Part shown: positions 26,149 to 32,150 of the stretch, one piece after another
Layout of the letters: the number at the start of each line of letters is the position of its first letter
Numbering within the stretch: the first letter of the stretch is position 1
IMG/VR virus record: IMGVR_UViG_3300020044_008460
Span: 1 to 32,150 of that record
Direction: 5' to 3' (one strand)
Length of the DNA stretch: 32,150 nucleotides
Source: a virus
Lineage: Duplodnaviria > Caudoviricetes
Translations under genes and position numbers: made by a program
Notes under the pieces: generated by a model
What the model saw: the letters and a program-made list of their open reading frames with translations, nothing else
Database searches by the model: none
What the model was told of the DNA's origin: nothing

Positions 26149-26313
26149 CTACTCGGTGTTCACAACCGGCGCGCTTTCGGGGGTGGCGGAACCGGGCGTA
26201 ATAGCCGCGCGGAAGTCTTGGCGAGCCGTGATAACCCCGTAGACAGGCCCGGGAACGGCCCCAGAATCGTCGTAGAGGTCTTCGTCGAAGAGAAAGGTGT
26301 CGAAGAGGCTCAT
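26149..26313 (-). CDS. 54 aa hypothetical protein (not in the ORF track)
   Basis: ATG at 26313 to TAG at 26149 gives MSLFDTFLFDEDLYDDSGAVPGPVYGVITARQDFRAAITPGSATPESAPVVNTE. It exactly fills the gap between two genes. Confidence 0.6.
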   Translation of the reverse strand: MSLFDTFLFDEDLYDDSGAVPGPVYGVITARQDFRAAITPGSATPESAPVVNTE

Positions 26314-26317
26314 GGGG

Positions 26318-27901
26318 TTAACCGAGGCTTAGGTACCATTTAGAGTCGGTGGCGTTGTAGACTCCGCGGACGGGTTGATTGGCGTAGGTGGTGGTGACGA
26401 GGACTTTTACATTGCCGGTGGCGTCAAAGGTGAGGCCGGAAGGGCAGAGGAAGATGACTTCGTGACCGGTGCCGTAGAAGCCGTTGATTGTCTTAATCGT
26501 CGTCGTGCCCGAGACGGTGATGATTCGGGGTAGCGAAGTGGGGAGAGTGACGGTGTTCGCCGCGGTTAAAGTTCCGTTCACCGTCGTCGCGCCGATGTTA
26601 TTTGAAACTGCCCAGGAGGTGCGGGTCGTTGCGCCGTCGTAGATGTCCTGGGTTGTGTTCCCCGTCGTGATGTTCCCGGACATATTAAGTTTCGTTAACG
26701 TCCCGTCGAGTTTAATTCCATAAGCGTTGGAGGCGGAGATACAGCCTTGGATGATAACGGAGGATGATGTGCCGCCGAGATAAATACCGCTACCCCCCGC
26801 AACAGCTACGTCGTTTGATACGGAGGTTACGTTTTGAATCGTCGTGGTGTCGACGTTGGTCGCGTAGATGCCGGAGGCTCGACAGAGGCCGATACGACAG
26901 TTTCGGACGGTGAGTCCGGAGAATGTATCGGTCGCGATTCCGTAAAAGCCGCCGAGGATTTGTAAATTCTCCACCGTCGGGGTGCCGGAAGTTGCGCCGA
27001 CGAGAGAAAGAGCGGAGGCCGTGGGGGTTGTTACGCCGGAGTAGGTGGTGGAGAATCCGCGGAGGGACCAGAATTGGGTGGTCGAGGTCGTGTAGAAGAT
27101 CGGGTTATCTGTCGTTTGTTGGATGTTACAACCCAAACGCTCCCCCGCGAGGGTTACGGAGTTAACGGACCCGCCGAGGTAAATGCGTTGTCGAATCGTC
27201 GAAATACCGGCTGGAATCTGAACAACGCCGCCGCCGGAGATCGTTTCGGTGTAGCGAACGGCTTCTTGGATACCCGCCGTGGCGGAACCGAGCGTCCATT
27301 GATTCGCCGTGTGGGAGTTCGCCGGGGTGAATCCGACGGTCGTGGAGGAAGCCCCGACGGTTACGGAGGTGAGCAGGACAGATTCGGAAGACGCGCCGTC
27401 GGTAATGTAGAGGTAGTGGGTGTTTACAGAAGCCGCGGTAATGCCTGCGGGAGAAGGGGTGATGATGGCGGTAGCCGGGGTCGCGCCGGTCAGTGCCGTG
27501 GTGCCGGAGAAGGAAAAGGTGAAGCCGTCGGCGTTGTTTACTTTTGAGACGAAGCGGAGGTTCGCACCGAGAGCAGTTTCGACGGCGATTAGTTCGTCAG
27601 CGAGGACGTTGTGATGCGCGGCGACTACATTCGCGCGGACGGAGACTCCGGAGTTATGAGCCGCGGCTGTGGAGCCGTCATAGGCCCGGGTGCAGTTGAT
27701 GTACGTCCCGGATACGGAGATCGTGCCGAGTAGAATTCGTTCGTTTTCAATCGTGACGACGGAGTAGGCCGAAAACACCCCGGAGTTTACGACAACTGTA
27801 GTAGCCCCCGAGGAGATCGTCCCTAGCAAAGTCGTCGACGCGCGATTATCCGCGGCGATTAGAGTCGCATCAGTCGCTACGGTCGTCGGGTATGCAGGCA
27901 T
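26318..27901 (-). CDS. tailspike / beta-helix (pectin lyase-like) receptor-binding protein
   Basis: TAGIQEAV...GGGVVQIPAG is the usual beta-helix cap. It is followed by repeats (TVRNCRI, TIQNVT, IIQGCIS, MSGNITTGN). The N-terminus is a virion-attachment-type region. Confidence 0.8.
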   Translation of the reverse strand: MPAYPTTVATDATLIAADNRASTTLLGTISSGATTVVVNSGVFSAYSVVTIENERILLGTISVSGTYINCTRAYDGSTAAAHNSGVSVRANVVAAHHNVLADELIAVETALGANLRFVSKVNNADGFTFSFSGTTALTGATPATAIITPSPAGITAASVNTHYLYITDGASSESVLLTSVTVGASSTTVGFTPANSHTANQWTLGSATAGIQEAVRYTETISGGGVVQIPAGISTIRQRIYLGGSVNSVTLAGERLGCNIQQTTDNPIFYTTSTTQFWSLRGFSTTYSGVTTPTASALSLVGATSGTPTVENLQILGGFYGIATDTFSGLTVRNCRIGLCRASGIYATNVDTTTIQNVTSVSNDVAVAGGSGIYLGGTSSSVIIQGCISASNAYGIKLDGTLTKLNMSGNITTGNTTQDIYDGATTRTSWAVSNNIGATTVNGTLTAANTVTLPTSLPRIITVSGTTTIKTINGFYGTGHEVIFLCPSGLTFDATGNVKVLVTTTYANQPVRGVYNATDSKWYLSLG

Positions 27902-27919
27902 ACCTCTATTATCGCGCGC

Positions 27920-28198
27920 TTACTTGAACGCGGTTTCGACCGAGCGTTTAAACGCTTCGGCGGCGAGGGCTTCGACTTCTTTGATTTGGGAAGCGACGGA
28001 TTTCGGGCGGACGGAGGCGTGTTGCTGGATGTTAGAGGCGTAGTTATCCGCGAGGATTTTTTTAACCATCTCCGCGCGGCTTTCAATGGGCGGGTCGCCG
28101 GGTTTGACTACAGCCGCGCACATCAGGTCGATGTATTCGTCGTAGTCCGGGGAGAGGGTGATCGGGGTGGTGTCAATGGTGATTTGCATACTACCCAC
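27920..28198 (-). CDS. small hypothetical protein (fibre chaperone-like)
   Basis: About 90 aa, and the start may be the ATG at 28189. It has a C-terminal amphipathic helix and resembles the upstream gene. Confidence 0.55.
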   Translation of the reverse strand: MGSMQITIDTTPITLSPDYDEYIDLMCAAVVKPGDPPIESRAEMVKKILADNYASNIQQHASVRPKSVASQIKEVEALAAEAFKRSVETAFK

Positions 28199-28204
28199 AG
28201 TGTA

Positions 28205-28528
28205 CTACTTCTCGGCGAGGGCGGCTTCGAATAAGGCAGTGCGTTTTGCTTCGAGGGCTGCGATTTTAGCCGCGATCTCGTCGACGTCGGCTTTGGTCTG
28301 CTCGGAGGGGAATTTCGGGGCGATTTCGCGGAGTAGTCGGATGACGTGCTTTTTAACGAGATCGGCGACGTCGGTGTAGCGCGGGGTCGAGACTCCGGCT
28401 ACGTTGTCCACTTGAGTCGCGAGAAACTGCGTGAGGGAGTCGAGCCCTGCCGAGGCGGGGACTCCGGAGATTTTGGCGACCTGTTTGGTGCCGTCTTCTA
28501 AAGTAATTTCGATCTGTATTTTGGCCAT
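28205..28528 (-). CDS. small hypothetical protein (fibre chaperone-like)
   Basis: 107 aa with an AAGGA SD and a C-terminal coiled coil. Confidence 0.6.
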   Translation of the reverse strand: MAKIQIEITLEDGTKQVAKISGVPASAGLDSLTQFLATQVDNVAGVSTPRYTDVADLVKKHVIRLLREIAPKFPSEQTKADVDEIAAKIAALEAKRTALFEAALAEK

Positions 28529-28537
28529 GTGGTGTCC

Positions 28538-29224
28538 TTAGAAAGCGTAGGCCGCAACTCCGTCAACGGAGTTCAAAGCCATATAGAGATTGAACTGTTC
28601 TCGGTTGTTGCCACGAATACCGAATTTTGCGTGGAAGCCTTTGTGGCATGGCTTGCACAGCGGAGCGCCGTTACCCACATCAACCCGAAGAGATGGGTAA
28701 TCCCGGTAATTCATTATGTGGTGGCAGTCCAATTTATTTCCCCTAGATTGCCTGGATAGGCAGACAATACAGGTAGACCCGTTTGCCGCCAATACAGCAA
28801 CCCTCCACTCTAGGTAGCCTTTTTGCATCAGGCGATTGTTAACTGGGTTATCTCGATCTTCCTGTGAAATGGATGGGTTATAGTTTGGATGCCATTCTAG
28901 CTTTGCCATGCGACATTTGTGGCATATTGGCGTCTGTTCAGTGTGTTTCTTGGTCATCACTGCCGAGCAACTTGAACACTTCGGGTATTGGCTGGCAGTA
29001 AAGGCGGTGCGGCACTGCATACATCTAGAATACTTTGAGTAGCACTTTTTACCGCAGTCAACGCACGGCTTGATGGTATTTCCTGGGATAGCGCAAGCCC
29101 TGATAGCCTTCCTGTAGCAAGTCACGCACTCCGCCATTTTCGACGCAGCGCACGCTGGGCCTTTGCAGGTTGCGCACTCCTTCTTGCGGTATCCGAAAAC
29201 GGGATGTGTCTCAAACTTCGGCAT
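28538..29224 (-). CDS. HNH endonuclease with multiple CxxC zinc-binding motifs
   Basis: WRVAVL...CIVC...LDCHHI...NGAPLCKPCHKGFH, preceded by six CxxC motifs. Confidence 0.9.
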   Translation of the reverse strand: MPKFETHPVFGYRKKECATCKGPACAASKMAECVTCYRKAIRACAIPGNTIKPCVDCGKKCYSKYSRCMQCRTAFTASQYPKCSSCSAVMTKKHTEQTPICHKCRMAKLEWHPNYNPSISQEDRDNPVNNRLMQKGYLEWRVAVLAANGSTCIVCLSRQSRGNKLDCHHIMNYRDYPSLRVDVGNGAPLCKPCHKGFHAKFGIRGNNREQFNLYMALNSVDGVAAYAF

Positions 29225-30021
29225 TAGTTTGCGAAGATCTTCCAGTTTGTCCCGTCAGACCAGACGAGCACTTTGTTGGCACCACCACCAGCGACGACCG
29301 AACTTATCGTTGTGGCATTTGCATCTGTGACGTACTGCATCGACCCGGCGTTTCCAGCGGCTGCGGCTGGTAGCGCGGACACGGCCACTCCAGAATGCTG
29401 TGACCTGCGTAGTATCAAATCCCGATACTGACCGGCAGTCCCTGAGTCGATTTCGAGGACTCCTGCGGCGTTGCGCCCAATCGCCACATCAATTAAGTTT
29501 CCGCCGCTCAAGTTTACAGCCGAAGAAAATCCGACATACTTGCCGCTAGCTAAATTGTAGTTACCAGCAGCCTGATTACTGATGATGTTCCCGCCAACAT
29601 ATTGCAGATAAGCAGCACCAACAGCCCATCCTTGTTCAAGTGAGCCCGCGCTATCGTATAGTTCGAGTAGGCGAGCGCCACCTTGGCCGGTTCCTCCGCG
29701 TATTCTAACCTTTGTGGATGTTGCCGTTACGTTTGTTCCGTCGAATCCAACGTCGACCAAAGTAGCACCTGTCGTTGCCGTTAAGTCGATTACAGACACA
29801 GTTCCAGCTGACCCGGATTTTGCAACGAGGAGCTTGTAGTTTTTTTCTGTCGTGTCCCCGATGAGTAGATTCGCCGTCGCACTTTTATAGGAAATTAGAG
29901 GTGCTTGGTCTAACACGCCACTGGATGACACGTAGGGGATTGCGCCCGCTGTGGTGAGCGAGGAAGCCCCGCCGACAGATCCGCCAGTTGCACCCCCGGC
30001 AGAAGGAATAGATTGAATCAC
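29224..30021 (-). CDS. tail fibre-like protein
   Basis: G/A/T/S-rich. The C-terminus VSALPAAAAGNAGSMQYVTDA...GGGANKVLVWSDGTNWK is a common fibre-tip motif. Confidence 0.7.
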   Translation of the reverse strand: MIQSIPSAGGATGGSVGGASSLTTAGAIPYVSSSGVLDQAPLISYKSATANLLIGDTTEKNYKLLVAKSGSAGTVSVIDLTATTGATLVDVGFDGTNVTATSTKVRIRGGTGQGGARLLELYDSAGSLEQGWAVGAAYLQYVGGNIISNQAAGNYNLASGKYVGFSSAVNLSGGNLIDVAIGRNAAGVLEIDSGTAGQYRDLILRRSQHSGVAVSALPAAAAGNAGSMQYVTDANATTISSVVAGGGANKVLVWSDGTNWKIFAN

Positions 30022-30347
30022 GACCGGTAACCTCCGACGATGGACGCTTCGAGACCGACGCCAGAAGCTACCCAGGCGAGTCCGGAACTACAGAACAAAC
30101 CCTCGGGCCAGGAACACACGTAAGCCGTGTTCGCCGCGATAGAAACCACCGGAAGAACATTCCTCGGAGTAGCCTGCTTATCCGTCACCGTAAACGTAAT
30201 CGCCCCCGCGGTCGGATTCGACACATGAATCTGCCAGATCATCGCATCTTTAGTCGCGAGGTCAGCGGCTACCGCAGGAACGGCAGCGAGGGACTCCGAG
30301 AACTTATTCGGCATAGCCGCGTATCGGGCGGCAGACAGGGAAGCCAT
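30018..30347 (-). CDS. small beta-sandwich virion protein
   Basis: 109 aa with an AGGAG SD. IWQIHVSNPTAGAITFTV...SIAANT is a pattern frequent in phage structural proteins. Confidence 0.6.
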   Translation of the reverse strand: MASLSAARYAAMPNKFSESLAAVPAVAADLATKDAMIWQIHVSNPTAGAITFTVTDKQATPRNVLPVVSIAANTAYVCSWPEGLFCSSGLAWVASGVGLEASIVGGYRS

Positions 30348-30359
30348 TGTAAAGTCTCC

Positions 30360-30641
30360 TTAGAGAGCGATGAAGTTGATGGTCTGGGAAGCCGGGTCGA
30401 TGGGGGCCGCGGAGATGTTACCGATGCGGATGACGACGGTGCCCGCGGTTGTGCAGTGGCCGGTCGCCTGGAGGACCAAGTTCGCTTCCAAATCCGGGGC
30501 CTGGACGATGAAGACCTGTCCGGGGGTGGCTTGCGGAACCGTGACGTTTACGGCGAGGGTCGTGGCGTTGGTGATGGAGCCGGGGTTAACCGTCGCGGCG
30601 TAAACAATCTGGCGCATCGCGGAACCGACGAGAATAGGCAT
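30360..30641 (-). CDS. small virion (decoration-type) protein
   Basis: 93 aa with an AGGAG SD. VNPGSI...VTVPQATPG...GTVVIRIGN...IDPAS is a recurrent phage structural domain. Confidence 0.6.
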   Translation of the reverse strand: MPILVGSAMRQIVYAATVNPGSITNATTLAVNVTVPQATPGQVFIVQAPDLEANLVLQATGHCTTAGTVVIRIGNISAAPIDPASQTINFIAL

Positions 30642-30678
30642 GTGTAAGAAGTCTCCTGGATCTATTTTCGCACGCGGG

Positions 30679-31035
30679 TTACGGGCGGGTTATGTTGGGG
30701 GAGACGACGAGGGTGCCGCGGAGCGGGTAGCCGGTTATGGAGGTTAGCGTGAGGACGTAGAGGTCGTAGGCGAGGCGAACTTCGTCGTAGGGGAGGGAGG
30801 CGGTGGCGGTGGCGGGGATGGTGACGGTGATTTCTCCGTTTGTCGGGTTGGTTACGTTGATGCCCGAGGTTTCGGTGAGTTCGAAGATCGTGTCGGTGTC
30901 ACGCGGCGTCCACTTCGCGGTGAATTTGAGGGAAGCTCCTGTTAGGTCGATGACGTCGCCGCCGCGGTATAAGGTCGCCGAGAAGGTGTAGTCGGAGTTC
31001 CGAACCATGCGGAGGGTCGTGTCAGTGGTCGCCAT
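30679..31035 (-). CDS. BppU N-terminal-like Ig-fold structural protein
   Basis: IDLTGASLKF...NGEITVTI...TASL...YDL...GTLVVSPNITR fits the BppU_N-like pattern. Confidence 0.7.
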   Translation of the reverse strand: MATTDTTLRMVRNSDYTFSATLYRGGDVIDLTGASLKFTAKWTPRDTDTIFELTETSGINVTNPTNGEITVTIPATATASLPYDEVRLAYDLYVLTLTSITGYPLRGTLVVSPNITRP

Positions 31036-31055
31036 GGTTCTATTGTCTCAGGCGG

Positions 31056-31087
31056 AAAAGAAAAACCCCGGCGGGTAACCGGGGTTT
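31056..31087 (-). terminator. intrinsic terminator
   Basis: Minus strand AAACCCCGG-TTACCCG-CCGGGGTTT-TTCTTTT, about 20 nt after the stop at 31109. Confidence 0.85.
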
Positions 31088-31108
31088 CGCTTAGAGGTTG
31101 AGGTTGGG

Positions 31109-31549
31109 CTAATTTCCAGCGGCGCGGTCGTCGAGGATACGGCGTTTGCAAGCGTCGATGGCGAGGTAAAGCAGCTTCGTAGTCGTCGCGGTCGTGCCCG
31201 CGAAGAGTTCACCAGCCGGGAGAGTGAGAGTCGTGCCGCCGGAGGGGGCCGTCGGGTTGTAGCGGATCACGACGGAGTAGTTGTCCGAGCCGTCGTTGGT
31301 GACGTCGATAGAGTAGGAGCGGGTCGCGGCGGCAGTCTGCGTGTAGTCGTCCAGAATCCGGCGTTTCGCGGCGTCGATAGCAAGGTACAGCAAGTTCGTC
31401 GACGTAGCGGTCGTGCCTTTGAAGAACTCACCGGAGGGGAGGGTAAGCGTAGTGCCCCCGGAAGCGGCAGTCGGGTTGCGCCGGGCCGTCGGAGTGAAGA
31501 CACCGTTGCCGTCATTGGCGGCGTAGATCGAGTAGGAAGAGTTAGGCAT
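31109..31549 (-). CDS. hypothetical protein made of two tandem ~72 aa repeats
   Basis: Internal duplication, SYSI..NDG...NPTA.SGGTTLTLP.GE.F.GTTAT.T.LLYLAIDA.KRRILDD twice. It has its own TACAAT box, AGGAG SD and terminator. Confidence 0.8.
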   Translation of the reverse strand: MPNSSYSIYAANDGNGVFTPTARRNPTAASGGTTLTLPSGEFFKGTTATSTNLLYLAIDAAKRRILDDYTQTAAATRSYSIDVTNDGSDNYSVVIRYNPTAPSGGTTLTLPAGELFAGTTATTTKLLYLAIDACKRRILDDRAAGN

Positions 31550-31578
31550 TGGTGAGAGGGGCTCCTGGAACTATTGTA

Positions 31579-32148
31579 TCAGCGACCGGCGGTTTTGGTT
31601 TTTCCACGAGATACTCCGAAGAAATTATCACGAGGACTGGCGGCGATGTTTAACATTTCCATAAGTGCTTGTATTTTTGCGTTTTCAGGAGCGGCTCCGT
31701 AACGGATTACCTCTTCCGGCTTGATACGGGCAGCGAATTTGTTTATTTCCGACCAAGGAGCATTCGCTCCCGCGCCGAGAAGTGTCGGATACGTGTCTTT
31801 CGGCTCGAAATACTGCCCATATAAGCGATTCTTGCCTAATTCGGGCCGGGATTCCCACCAATTGATGTCTTCGAACTTTTTGGCCCGCGCCTTTTTAATT
31901 TCAGCTTTCACTGCGGGGAGTTTATCGGGAGAGATAGTCTTTCGGGCCTCGCGAATAGCCTTGTTAAATGCCGAATTAACCCATTCTTTGTAAATACCCG
32001 GATCTGTCGCGGCAATAGAGGGCGAGCGCGGCTCAACTCGCGTAGAATTTGCCGATTTGGGAGTTGGTAAGAGTTCGAGCAATTTATCTAAGCTCTCCGC
32101 ACCCGTTTTTCCCGCGGCAAAAGCGCGTTTTTCAACATTTTGATTCCG
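31579..32148 (-). CDS. hypothetical protein, 5' truncated by the window edge
   Basis: The 167 aa ORF frame stays open upstream of 32082 to the window edge (RNQNVEKRAFAAGK...). Confidence 0.55.
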   Translation of the reverse strand, partial: RNQNVEKRAFAAGKTGAESLDKLLELLPTPKSANSTRVEPRSPSIAATDPGIYKEWVNSAFNKAIREARKTISPDKLPAVKAEIKKARAKKFEDINWWESRPELGKNRLYGQYFEPKDTYPTLLGAGANAPWSEINKFAARIKPEEVIRYGAAPENAKIQALMEMLNIAASPRDNFFGVSRGKTKTAGR

Positions 32149-32150
32149 AT

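Noticed and set aside
31109-31549. DGR template/variable repeat pair
   Set aside because: Both copies are in frame within one gene, the differences are not adenine-specific, and no reverse transcriptase is seen.
1-32150. tRNA/rRNA genes, integrase or att sites, alternative genetic code
   Set aside because: None was recognised. Intergenic gaps are short, and the core genes translate full-length in the standard code with all three stop codons in use.

Overview
This 32 kb window is the virion-morphogenesis region of a short-tailed (podovirus-type) dsDNA phage or prophage, encoded almost entirely on the minus strand. In transcription order it holds small structural or decoration genes, tail-fibre-like genes, an HNH nuclease, a beta-helix tailspike, a stand-alone JAB/MPN+ (JAMM) metallopeptidase, the large terminase, a small membrane protein, the portal, a scaffold and an N4-gp56-family major capsid protein. 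An HNH nuclease then sits on the opposite strand. After it come more fibre genes, a holin candidate, a GIY-YIG nuclease, an M15 endolysin, two paralogous head-tail adaptors, a tail nozzle and three large ejection-type proteins. The most notable observations are four. (1) The JAMM peptidase overlaps terL where terS usually lies, and no ubiquitin-like partner is visible. (2) A -10-like box lies in most intergenic gaps, exactly 6 nt before the start codon in seven genes, which suggests leaderless expression. (3) The 10-bp palindrome CGTTTAAACG occurs six times inside genes, and CCGCGG is strongly enriched. (4) A fibre/depolymerase-type protein carries an apparent Sec signal peptide. All protein calls come from motif recognition and gene order, not from database searches.
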